DNA of 64,000 nucleotides from Candidatus Woesebacteria bacterium GW2011_GWA1_44_23 (GTDB taxonomy: Bacteria > Patescibacteriota > Microgenomatia > UBA8517): NCBI GenBank assembly GCA_001001045.1, contig LCIL01000001.1, positions 442 to 64,441 on the forward strand, in the 5' to 3' direction. Shown piece by piece: positions 18,055 to 27,303 of the stretch (its first letter is position 1; every line of letters starts with the position of its first letter). The position numbers and the translations under genes are program-made. The notes beneath the pieces are model-generated. The model saw nothing but the letters and a program-made list of their open reading frames with translations. It did no database searches and was not told the DNA's origin.

Positions 18055-18961
18055 CCTACTAAGTCTTATCGATTCGGCCTCCTCGGTTCTTGTTGTCCTA
18101 CCGACAAAACCGTATTTTGATCAAGTTGCTGCGGGGCTTGCCCTCTATCTTGCGGTTCATGACAGGAAGGAAACTTCAATTTTTTGTCCCAGTCCAATGA
18201 CGGTCGGATTTAACCGTTTGATTGGGGTAAATAAAATTTCGGCCGAAATCGGAAGCAAGAACCTGACAATTAAGTTTGCCGGATATGACGCGGCCAATAT
18301 CGACAAAGTCAGCTACGATATAGACAATGGAGAATTTAAATTAACGGTAGTTCCGAAAGCGGGTCTACCCGCTCCACAAAAGGAACAGTTGAGTGTCAGC
18401 TATGCCGGGGTTTCGGCAGATTTGGTGATTTTGATCGGTGGGGCGAACGATTCACACTTTCCGGTTCTTTCTTCCGACGAACTGACCGGAGCGAAGACTG
18501 CACACATCGGAACCCGCGTGCTTGATTCAAATAAAGAGATTATGTCTTTTGCAAAGCCCGGCGCAACAACGAGCGAGCTTGTCGCCAATCTAATTAAAGA
18601 AAACGGTTTGACGATTGACGCGGAGACCGCAACCAATTTGGTAATGGGGATAGAGGAAGGCAGTGCCAGCTTCAGTTCAAGTGAGACCACACCCGAAACT
18701 TTCGAAACATTTGCGTATTTGCTACGAAGCGGCGGGGCACGTATGCCGAAGGTAAAACTTAGTCCGATGGGTTTTCCTCCCGGATCAATCCCCACAAAAC
18801 CTTTTAGGGCTCCCGTCAGCCAACAGCCTGCAACCCCCATGTCTCAGATTGAAACCCAACCCGAAGCGGTAGTTCCGGAATCCGATGAGGAAGGTCAAGA
18901 TGTAAATCCTCCTTCTGACTGGCTTCAGCCAAAAATTTACAAAGGGACTTCAGTGAGTTAA
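18044..18961 (+). CDS. Degenerate DHH/NrnA-family phosphoesterase-like protein
   Basis: Position after infB and spacing like NrnA (D..AA.LAL, SELV, ATNLVMGI), but the DxD, DHH and DT catalytic motifs are lost. Confidence 0.6.
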   Translation: MGNSLLSLIDSASSVLVVLPTKPYFDQVAAGLALYLAVHDRKETSIFCPSPMTVGFNRLIGVNKISAEIGSKNLTIKFAGYDAANIDKVSYDIDNGEFKLTVVPKAGLPAPQKEQLSVSYAGVSADLVILIGGANDSHFPVLSSDELTGAKTAHIGTRVLDSNKEIMSFAKPGATTSELVANLIKENGLTIDAETATNLVMGIEEGSASFSSSETTPETFETFAYLLRSGGARMPKVKLSPMGFPPGSIPTKPFRAPVSQQPATPMSQIETQPEAVVPESDEEGQDVNPPSDWLQPKIYKGTSVS

Positions 18962-18972
18962 TATAAGCCACA

Positions 18973-19176
18973 ATGGTCGAACAGGAAATGAAAGATAGCG
19001 GAAAAGAATGGCACCAGGTCGACATAGGAAACGGCCACCTTATATGGGAAAAGACAATCGACCCCGAAATAATGGCGCAAATGCCTAAAACGGTAAGACC
19101 TTTTTATGAAGTTGGTCCTATTGAACTTCTGATAGAAGATATAAAGCACCTGTTTAATATCCGGGGCCGAATCTAA
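18973..19176 (+). CDS. Small orphan hypothetical protein
   Basis: 67 aa ORF filling the gap before the rpsO promoter. Confidence 0.5.
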   Translation: MVEQEMKDSGKEWHQVDIGNGHLIWEKTIDPEIMAQMPKTVRPFYEVGPIELLIEDIKHLFNIRGRI

Positions 19177-19190
19177 TTCATTTTTGCCTT

Positions 19191-19278
19191 TTGATTTCTG
19201 GATTGAAACATGGTACCATTCACAAGATGTAAGCAAGGTTTTGCCTGGAAGTGACTTTACTTTGCTCCACATGACAAT
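19191..19278 (+). promoter_or_regulatory. rpsO promoter and structured 5' leader
   Basis: TTGATT(19191)-17-TACCAT(19214) with extended TG; stem AGCAAGG(19232)/CTTTGCT(19260) extended by ATGT/ACAT. Confidence 0.6.
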
Positions 19279-19548
19279 ATGGCATTAGCTAAAGACGAAA
19301 AAGTAGACGTAATTCAAAAATTTGCTCGAGAAAAAGGCGACACAGGGTCTCCCGAAGTTCAAATTGCGCTTCTTTCGGTCCAAATTGACAAATTAGTCGC
19401 ACATCTTAAGGAACACAAAAAAGACGTTCACAGTAGGCGCGGACTTCTTTCGATGGTAGCCAAAAGGAGAAGGCTTCTTTCCTACCTGCACAGGCGCGAC
19501 GAAGAACGGTATAAAAAACTCCTCACAGAGTTGAAGTTGGGAAAATAA
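19279..19548 (+). CDS. rpsO: 30S ribosomal protein S15
   Basis: [24 protein letters not shown]. Confidence 0.98.
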   Translation: MALAKDEKVDVIQKFAREKGDTGSPEVQIALLSVQIDKLVAHLKEHKKDVHSRRGLLSMVAKRRRLLSYLHRRDEERYKKLLTELKLGK

Positions 19549-19552
19549 ATAA

Positions 19553-21907
19553 ATGAAGAAGATTGAGAAATCTATAGAATTAGGCGGTCGTACTCTTACC
19601 TTGACCACCGGAGAACTCGCAGAACAGGCGGCGGGATCTGTTGTGGCTCGAATGGGTGACACCGTTGTCATGGCAAATGTATCAGTAGCACCTCTTAAGA
19701 TGGAAATGGATTACTTCCCTCTTACGGTTGAATATCAGGAGAGGCTTTATGCCGGCGGGAGAATAAAGGGAAGCCGTTGGGTAAAACGCGAAGGAAGGCC
19801 AACCGACGAAGAAGTCCTCTCGGCAAGACTAATTGACAGGTCCATAAGACCTCTTTTCCCCAAAACTTATAAAAAAGAAGTTCAACTGATTGTCATGGTA
19901 CTTTCGGTTGACGGAGTGAATGACCCCAAAATCTTGGGTGCCATCGCCGCAAGCGCCGCGATTCATATATCAACTCTTCCCTGGAAGGGTCCGGTCGCTC
20001 CTTTGACAATCGGAATTAAGGACGGGAAATATGTAGTAAACCCCGAGACTGTCGATTTGGAGGCGTCACAGATGGATCTTACAGTATCTTCGACAAAAGA
20101 GGCGGTTTTGATGGTGGAAGCGGCAGCCACGGAAGTAACCGAAAAACAAATTGTGGAGGGAATTGAGTTTGCCCAAAAAGAAAGTAAGGCCATTCTTAAA
20201 CTTATCGAAGATTTGACTAAGGAAGTCGGCACGAAACGAGAAACATACAAGGAAGAGGAACCGTCCATCGAACTGGTCCGCGACGTCACAAAATTAGTAG
20301 GAGACAAAATGCCCGGTTTGGTCAAAAACATGGCTAATCACGAGGGGCTATCCGACGAATACGCTGAATTTATTGCCGCGATCAAAGACCACTTCGAGAG
20401 AGAAGATCAAAGGAAGTTTGTCCTGGAAATAGTTGATCATATGAAGAAGGACTACATTAGGGAGCAGATTCTTAAAAAGGGAGTTAGGCCCGACGGTAGA
20501 AAATTAACTGAGTTAAGGAAACTTTCTGGACAGGTGGGATTCCTACCGAGAACGCACGGGAGCGCGGTTTTTTCAAGAGGTCAAACTCAGGTTTTGTCGG
20601 TTGCCACACTTGGTTCGGAATCCATGGGACAACTTTTGGAAAGTGCCGAAGGAGAAGAAGAAAAGCACTATATGCACCATTATTCCATGCCTCCTTATGC
20701 CTCAGGAGAAACCGGAAGAGTTGGCTCTCCAAATAGACGCGAAATAGGACATGGAATGCTTGCCGAGCGCGCCTTGCTTCCCGTCATTCCTTCCCAGGAA
20801 GAGTTTCCTTATGCAATCCGTGTCGTCTCCGAGGTCATGAGTTCAAACGGGTCGACATCAATGGCTTCAGTGGTCGGATCTACGCTTTCTCTGATGGATG
20901 CCGGAGTTCCTATAAAAGCCCCTGTTGCCGGAATTGCGATGGGACTAATTATCGAAGACGAAAAGAATTTTGCGGTTTTGACAGATTTGATGGGTATTGA
21001 GGATTTCAATGGCGATATGGATTTCAAAGTTGCAGGGACCGCAAAAGGAATCACGGCACTTCAGATGGATGTTAAAGCACTAAACCTTACTTCAAATATT
21101 TTGGAAAAGGCGCTTGATCAGGCAAAAGATGCAAGAGATCAAATTATGAAAAAGATTTTGGAAACTATCGCCGAACCGAGAAAAGTGGTTTCAGAATATG
21201 CACCTAAAATTAAAGTTGTAAAAATTCCGGTTGATAAAATCGGAGAATTCATCGGCCCCGGTGGAAAGAATATTAAAAAACTTATGGCCGATACGGGAGT
21301 ACAGATTGACGTCAACGATGACGGAGGCGTAAGTGTTTCCGGAGTTGACGAAGAGAAAATGGCCAAGGCAGTCGCCTATGTTGAGGGTTTTGCAAAAGAG
21401 GTAGTGGCCGGCGAGATTTACGAAGGGGAAGTTGTAAGACTTATGCCTTTCGGGGCGTTTGTGAATATTTTGCCCGGGAAAGATGGGATGGTTCATGTGA
21501 CCGACATGGGTCAGGACGGCTTCGTAAAAGACGCCGGGGACGTGGTTCACATCGGGCAAAAAGTCCAAGTAAGAGTTAAAGAAATTGACGACCAGGGAAG
21601 AATCAACCTCAGTATGAATATGGACCCGACAAAAGATAAACCGAGAGAAGAACGCCCCAGGAGCGGTGGGTTTGGCGGAGGAAGAGGCGGATACGGCGGC
21701 AGTCGTGGCGGATTTGGTGGAGGACGAAGCGGAGGTTTTTCAAGAGGTCCAAGTAGAGGCGGATTTGGTGGAGGACGAAGCGGAGGTTTTTCAAGAGGGT
21801 CAGGTAGGCCAGGATTTTCAAGGCAAGATGATAACGGTGGAAGCGGTGGCCCCCATTTTCCAACTTCAAGGTTGGTCGATGACAGTAAAAAGAGCTTTGA
21901 TAGATGA
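19553..21907 (+). CDS. pnp: Polyribonucleotide nucleotidyltransferase with Gly/Arg-rich C-terminal tail
   Basis: RLIDRSIRPLF, RREIGHG, SNGSTSMAS, GDMDFKVAGT, KH and S1 domains. Confidence 0.98.
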   Translation: MKKIEKSIELGGRTLTLTTGELAEQAAGSVVARMGDTVVMANVSVAPLKMEMDYFPLTVEYQERLYAGGRIKGSRWVKREGRPTDEEVLSARLIDRSIRPLFPKTYKKEVQLIVMVLSVDGVNDPKILGAIAASAAIHISTLPWKGPVAPLTIGIKDGKYVVNPETVDLEASQMDLTVSSTKEAVLMVEAAATEVTEKQIVEGIEFAQKESKAILKLIEDLTKEVGTKRETYKEEEPSIELVRDVTKLVGDKMPGLVKNMANHEGLSDEYAEFIAAIKDHFEREDQRKFVLEIVDHMKKDYIREQILKKGVRPDGRKLTELRKLSGQVGFLPRTHGSAVFSRGQTQVLSVATLGSESMGQLLESAEGEEEKHYMHHYSMPPYASGETGRVGSPNRREIGHGMLAERALLPVIPSQEEFPYAIRVVSEVMSSNGSTSMASVVGSTLSLMDAGVPIKAPVAGIAMGLIIEDEKNFAVLTDLMGIEDFNGDMDFKVAGTAKGITALQMDVKALNLTSNILEKALDQAKDARDQIMKKILETIAEPRKVVSEYAPKIKVVKIPVDKIGEFIGPGGKNIKKLMADTGVQIDVNDDGGVSVSGVDEEKMAKAVAYVEGFAKEVVAGEIYEGEVVRLMPFGAFVNILPGKDGMVHVTDMGQDGFVKDAGDVVHIGQKVQVRVKEIDDQGRINLSMNMDPTKDKPREERPRSGGFGGGRGGYGGSRGGFGGGRSGGFSRGPSRGGFGGGRSGGFSRGSGRPGFSRQDDNGGSGGPHFPTSRLVDDSKKSFDR
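21707..21798 (+). repeat. Exact 41-bp direct repeat (period 51 bp) encoding GGFGGGRSGGFSRG twice
   Basis: ggcggatttggtggaggacgaagcggaggtttttcaagagg at 21707-21747 and 21758-21798. Confidence 0.95.
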
Positions 21908-21953
21908 GACCCCGACCGTGTCGTAGATAGGGACTTCGTGTTACACTAGATTT

Positions 21954-23000
21954 ATGGATTCTGCTGCCCAAGAAATTACCGTTTTAATTGATAAGGCGAA
22001 AAATGCTGACTTGCCGGAAAAGCTCCGTGAGGTAGTTTTGGTTCGATTAAACCAACTTTCAAAACTTACCAATTCCCCATCATTTTTGCCGGAGTTTGAC
22101 AGTATGGAGAAGTATATTGATTGGATTACGATTTTGCCTTGGAATAAAAGGACTCAGGACACGTTGGATCTTGAGAATGCCAAAAAAATTATGGAGACCC
22201 ACCACTTTGGTTTGACCGATATCAAAAACCGTGTCTTGGAATATATAAGTGTCATGAAACTTAAACAGGAAAAAGGGGAAAGTAAGGACATTTATAGAGC
22301 CCCGATTCTCTGTTTTGTCGGTCTGGTCGGTACTGGCAAGACCACAATTGCCTATTCCATTGCCGAGGCTCTGGGCAGGCCGATTGCCCGCATCCCCTTC
22401 GGCGGCATGGGAGACCCCCTGGATCTTAGGGGACAATCAAGAATGCATCCGGAGGCGGAGCCGGGAAAAATTATTAAAGCCCTAAAAGTAACTCAAAGTA
22501 AAAATCCGGTAATACTTCTTGATGAGATTGATAGGGTCACGGATCAAGGAAGAAGTTCGATTATGGGGGTTTTGGTAGAACTTCTGGATCCCAGACAAAA
22601 TTATGCCTTCGTTGATCATTATATTGATTTTCCGTTCGACCTTTCCGAGACCCTGTTTATTACAACCGCGAATAATACGACAAATATTGCAACAGCCGTG
22701 ATGGACAGGCTTGAACCGATTTCAATGCCAAGTTATACGGATGCGGAGAAGGTTACTATTGGACAAAAATATATTTTGCCTGAAGCCATGAAAGCGTCAG
22801 GTCTTCCCAAAGAATCATTGGTAATCGATCCCGACGTCTGGGCAAACATAGTCCGCCCTTTGGGTTACGATGCCGGAATCCGCACCTTGGAACGAAATAT
22901 CGATGGAGTTGTCAGGAAAATTGCCAGAATTTTAGTTGAAGGTAAAGCCCAGTCGGTGCATGTCACCTCACAAAATGTTAAGGAATTCCTGCCTCAGTAG
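21954..23000 (+). CDS. Lon-type AAA+ ATPase module without N-domain or protease domain
   Basis: LPW, HHFGL..IK.RVLE, Walker A GLVGTGKT, Walker B ILLDEID, FVDHYIDFPFDLS, AGIRTLER; ends at the ATPase boundary. Confidence 0.85.
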   Translation: MDSAAQEITVLIDKAKNADLPEKLREVVLVRLNQLSKLTNSPSFLPEFDSMEKYIDWITILPWNKRTQDTLDLENAKKIMETHHFGLTDIKNRVLEYISVMKLKQEKGESKDIYRAPILCFVGLVGTGKTTIAYSIAEALGRPIARIPFGGMGDPLDLRGQSRMHPEAEPGKIIKALKVTQSKNPVILLDEIDRVTDQGRSSIMGVLVELLDPRQNYAFVDHYIDFPFDLSETLFITTANNTTNIATAVMDRLEPISMPSYTDAEKVTIGQKYILPEAMKASGLPKESLVIDPDVWANIVRPLGYDAGIRTLERNIDGVVRKIARILVEGKAQSVHVTSQNVKEFLPQ

Positions 23001-23012
23001 TACAATAGTCGA

Positions 23013-23489
23013 ATGAAGTTATTAGCAATCTCAGATTCTCATGGTAATATCGCAAACCTGGAGCATGTCATGGGATTTGCTAAGAAGATTAGGGTTTCGG
23101 GGGTTATACACGCGGGTGATTGGAATACACCGGAATCTGTCGAAACGGTTTTATCTTTTGGAATTCCCCTTTATGCGGTTTTGGGGAATGCGGATATTGA
23201 CCCTGCGATAGGTAAAAGGTTAAAGCTAAAGGGTAAAGGATTTGCAGAAAATTATTTGGAGTTTGAAGTCGGAGGAAGAAAAATCGGGGTTACCCATAAA
23301 CCTTCAGATAACAAAAAATATTTTTTCTGCAAAAAATATGACGTTATTTTAAACGGGCACCTACATTCAAAATATGAAAGCGTAAGAGGAATCACTAAAT
23401 TTATCCGCCCCGGGGCAACCGTAAGCGGTATCAATTTTGCAATTTATGATACGGTCATAAATGGAGTAGAATTTGTAAGAGATGAATAA
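23013..23489 (+). CDS. YfcE/MJ0936-like metallophosphoesterase
   Basis: SDSHGN, HAGD, GNAD, TH, GHLH motifs. Confidence 0.9.
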   Translation: MKLLAISDSHGNIANLEHVMGFAKKIRVSGVIHAGDWNTPESVETVLSFGIPLYAVLGNADIDPAIGKRLKLKGKGFAENYLEFEVGGRKIGVTHKPSDNKKYFFCKKYDVILNGHLHSKYESVRGITKFIRPGATVSGINFAIYDTVINGVEFVRDE

Positions 23490-24102
23490 AAAGGAAGAGC
23501 TTCAAATATTGAAGGATAAAATGGAGGCAGACGATTCACTTCCTCTTAGGAAGGGTGATACAAACTTGGTCTTCGGCGTTGGAGACCCGGAGGCAAAAAT
23601 TCTTTTTATTGGTGAAGGACCGGGCTATTGGGAAAATTTAAAAATGGAACCCTTTGTCGGGAATGCCGGAAAGTTTTTGGACCAGCTTCTGAAATCAATA
23701 GGTATGCCGAGGGAAAGTGTTTACATCACGAATGTTGTACACCACAGGCCGCCGGAAAATCGGGATCCGCTCCCGGAAGAAATGTTGGCGTACGGAAAAT
23801 ATTTGGATAAAATAATTAATGTAATTAACCCGGAAGTGGTTGTTACTCTAGGCAGGTTCTCTATGGGAAAATTTTTGCCCACTGCTAAGATTTCCACTAC
23901 TCACGGAAAGCTATTTAGGGTAAACTGGAACGGTAAAGATCTTTTTGTGATCCCGATGTATCATCCTGCCGCCTCTCTCAGGAACGGAGAAGTGATGCGT
24001 CAGGAAAAGGAAGACTTTCTGAGGCTTCCGGATGCACTAAAAAAGATTTCTGAGAAAAAGAAAAAGAAAGTTCCCGAAACGGAACAAATGAGTCTTGTTT
24101 AA
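23482..24102 (+). CDS. Family 4-type uracil-DNA glycosylase lacking Fe-S cysteines
   Basis: GEGPG, PFVGNAG, RPPENRDP, YHPAA. Confidence 0.9.
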   Translation: MNKKEELQILKDKMEADDSLPLRKGDTNLVFGVGDPEAKILFIGEGPGYWENLKMEPFVGNAGKFLDQLLKSIGMPRESVYITNVVHHRPPENRDPLPEEMLAYGKYLDKIINVINPEVVVTLGRFSMGKFLPTAKISTTHGKLFRVNWNGKDLFVIPMYHPAASLRNGEVMRQEKEDFLRLPDALKKISEKKKKKVPETEQMSLV

Positions 24103-24106
24103 TAAT

Positions 24107-25759
24107 ATGTCAGCACTAAAATTCATAGCCCTTTCGGGCACTACGGGAGTTACCGAAAACCTTTATGTTTATGAGTATGGTAACGATATGATTGTCGTCG
24201 ACTGTGGTGTAGGTTTTCCCGAAAGTGAAATGTTCGGAGTTGATCTTGTCATTCCCGACTTCTCGTATATCAAACAAAATGCGGCCAAACTGCGGGGCGT
24301 TTTGATCTCCCACGGACACGAAGATCATCTTGGAGGCCTGCCCTTTCTATTCAAGGATGTGCAAACGACAATTTATGCAACAAAACTTGTTGGGGGATTC
24401 ATTCAGGATAAATTTGAGGACTACAAGGACAAAGTTCCAAAAATCTCAATATTTGATCCCGAGAAGGATGTTTTGTCTCTTGGGGTTTTTAAAGTTACCC
24501 CATTCAGGGTAAGTCATTCTGTTCCAGACGGAGTCGGATTTTGTATAGACACCCCGGAAGGAAAAATTTTCCACGTTCCGGATTATAAATTTGATTGGAC
24601 CCCAGTTGACGGCCGGCCTTTTGCCGCAGCAAAGGTTGCGACACTCGCCTCACAAGGATCTTTAGCATTAGCTTCAGATGCGCTTGGTGCAAATACCCCG
24701 GGCTACACGGAAAGCGAGAGGTCAATCGAGGGGAGGATCGAAGCCATTGCCAGTAATGCGAAAGGGAAGATTTATCTGACTACAATTTCAAGCAATATAA
24801 GCCGCATGCAGCAGACAATTAATGTTGCCGCAAAACTTGGTAGGAAAGTAGTTCTTATAGGCCGCTCAATTGAAAGAAAAGCTCAGATTGCCAAAGACTT
24901 GGGGTATCTCCTTTACCCAAACGATTTAGTCATCAGGTCAAAACAGGCCTCAAGGCTTCCCCCTGATAAATTACTTTTTATAATTTCGGGAAGCTATGGG
25001 CAACCGGGCAGCGCCCTATATAGACTGTCCCTCGGAGAACATGATTTCTTAAAGGTCGGTAAGGGAGATGTTGTGATATTTTCCTCAGACCCTGCCCCGC
25101 CCGGGAGCAAAGCAAACGTGGATTTTCTGGTTGATAAACTTATTGAAAGTGATGTTGATGTTCATTATTACGATATGCAGGAGGATCTCCACGTCTCGGG
25201 GCATGGAAGTATTGGAGATATCGAAATGCTTTTTGCTCTAATCAAACCCAAATATTTTATCCCAATAGGCGGGACCATAAGACATATGAGGGCGTACGGG
25301 CTTATTGCCCAGAGGATGGGGGCAGCCGAGCAAAATGTTTTAGAGCTTCTTTCGGGGGAAATTGTGGAATTTAGCGGTCAAAATGCCAGACGTACAGGAA
25401 AAGTTCCCGTTAAGGAAATCCTGGTTGATGGGCTTGGCATAGGAGATGTGGGGAACGTGGTTCTGAGGGACCGGCACATCCTTTCTAAAGAGGGAATAGT
25501 AATTGCAATTATTCATTTTGATAGGAACCAAAGCACTCTCATAGATAACCCTGAAATAATGAGCAAGGGATTTGTTTTTGAGCAGAAGTACGGAAAAATT
25601 CTTGAAGATGCTTCGCAAGAACTCGCCCGTGCAATGCAAAAAAAGAAGTCGATAAATGCAAACGTAGTTAGAAATATTGCGATTGATTTTTTGGAGCGAT
25701 ATTTCTACCAGAAAACGGGTCGGCGCCCGATGATTTTGCCGGTTGTAGTAGAAATTTAA
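24107..25759 (+). CDS. rnj: Ribonuclease J
   Basis: SHGHEDHLG, HSVPD, HVSGHG, RRPMILPVV. Confidence 0.95.
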   Translation: MSALKFIALSGTTGVTENLYVYEYGNDMIVVDCGVGFPESEMFGVDLVIPDFSYIKQNAAKLRGVLISHGHEDHLGGLPFLFKDVQTTIYATKLVGGFIQDKFEDYKDKVPKISIFDPEKDVLSLGVFKVTPFRVSHSVPDGVGFCIDTPEGKIFHVPDYKFDWTPVDGRPFAAAKVATLASQGSLALASDALGANTPGYTESERSIEGRIEAIASNAKGKIYLTTISSNISRMQQTINVAAKLGRKVVLIGRSIERKAQIAKDLGYLLYPNDLVIRSKQASRLPPDKLLFIISGSYGQPGSALYRLSLGEHDFLKVGKGDVVIFSSDPAPPGSKANVDFLVDKLIESDVDVHYYDMQEDLHVSGHGSIGDIEMLFALIKPKYFIPIGGTIRHMRAYGLIAQRMGAAEQNVLELLSGEIVEFSGQNARRTGKVPVKEILVDGLGIGDVGNVVLRDRHILSKEGIVIAIIHFDRNQSTLIDNPEIMSKGFVFEQKYGKILEDASQELARAMQKKKSINANVVRNIAIDFLERYFYQKTGRRPMILPVVVEI

Positions 25760-27217
25760 TCACACTTTTTCAGGGTGTGAATTGAAATATAATGTTCCCC
25801 CTCGGGTTTTCCGAGACGTTTTTCTTCCTGGAAAAACTTATCAAGTCCGTTTAGAATTCCGTCTCTGGCTACAAAATATACAGGGACATTTGACGGAAGA
25901 CATGCAAACTTAAGTAAATCCGGATTAAGAATCCGCGGGTCCAAATATGTAACCATTACGTTTTTTGAACCGTTGAAGTATGTAAACATTGCGCTTTCGG
26001 GGTTCCCCGCATCAAGTCTTACCCCCACGACTATCTGATTATCTTTACTCAAACTTTCAAGATAGTTAACTGTTTCGGGGATTCCGTATCCCGAGGTCCA
26101 ATCAGATATATATCCGGTTTTTTGTGAGAGGCTTGTCGTTTTGTCTAGAATGTTGAAGTATATGAGGGGAGAAACAATCAATAAAGCCGTCATTACAATA
26201 GACGGAACTGGGGTAATTATTCCAATCAAAACGGAGAAGGGTTTTTTAAAATTTAATATAGTTTGCGATGCAAAAACGGTTGTTAATGCCAAGAAGGAAG
26301 TAACATATCTTGTTCCCAAAGACCTCCCCAGAAATATTATAAGAATGATGCTCGTCAAGAAAAAAAATGGGTAGTATTGGCTTTTTCTTTTTTAAAAATA
26401 GATAGATTCCCATAACCGTTAATATAAAGATAAAGGGTGTTAGTTGAAAAAACGCTACATTAACCGTGGCTGAGAAATTTTTTATCCACAAAGAAAAAGG
26501 GAAGCCCAAAATTTCATGGATCGAAAGCATAAAGCGGCTATTGGAACCGAATGACGCCCAGAACGCCTTTTGGAAAAGGAGTGGTGAAAGAACAACAAGG
26601 CTTGTAATGAAAGAAAAAACCGCTTGTTTAAAACGTTTTTTGTAGATGAGTATAAAAATTATGGAGACCAAAAACACAAGTGCCTGAAGTTTTATAAAAA
26701 CACCGATTCCGAGAGTAAGTCCCAGATAAATTAAATACTTATCCTTTTTGGTTTCAAGAATTTGCATCAAAAAATAAAAACTCCAAACCCCTACTGCTGC
26801 GATTGCAGATTCCATCAGTGTCTGTCTGTCAAAAAAAGCAAAAAGCGGGATCACGATATAAAGAATCGAAAAAATAAGTGCTGCCTTCTCGTTTTCCAAG
26901 CTCTTTGCCACTTTGTATATTCCGATTAAGGTGAGTAGGCCTGCCAGAGTCGACACCAGTCTACCCATAAAAAGCGGGGAATTGACAATGCTTTCAAATA
27001 TTCCGAAAATCCAAATTAGAAAAGGTGGCTTTGCGTCATTAAGAGAATAAAATAAACCCGCGGATGTATGCAGTGATTTCCAACCCCAATCAAGGTAGAT
27101 TGCTTCGTCATTAAAAATCGGAAGTTTGGTTATATTGACAAGCCGGACGAGCAAACAAATGATAGAAAGACTAACTAAGGAATGATCACGGATAAATCTG
27201 GTAAAAGATATTTTCAC
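25756..27217 (-). CDS. ArnT/PMT-like GT-C glycosyltransferase, split by a +1 frameshift in an A8 run at 26360-26367
   Basis: PIFNDEAIY, KPP, DRQTLMES; removing one A joins ORFs 26246..27217 and 25756..26358 (PIFFLTSIIL). Confidence 0.8.
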
Positions 27218-27245
27218 TGGTTTAGTTTAGCAAATAGTTGCCGTG

Positions 27246-27303
27246 GTTGTTGAGCTTTGTCCCTACTTCGATATACAATGTGGTTGGGCTATGATTAAGA
27301 AGA
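27246..27303 (+). repeat. Diverged direct repeat copy A of the ftsK promoter and 5' end (copy B at 29541-29596)
   Basis: 47/56 aligned identities plus a 2-nt gap; contains TTGAG, ttcgataTACAAT and the codons for (M/V)IKK. Confidence 0.85.

Noticed and set aside
21707-21798. 41-bp direct repeat considered as a CRISPR array
   Set aside because: There are only two copies with a 10-nt spacer, in frame within pnp, and no cas genes.
21905-21940. Imperfect palindrome after pnp (gagaccccgaccgtgtcg...gggacttc) considered as a REP-like element
   Set aside because: No second copy was recognised in the window and the pairing is weak.
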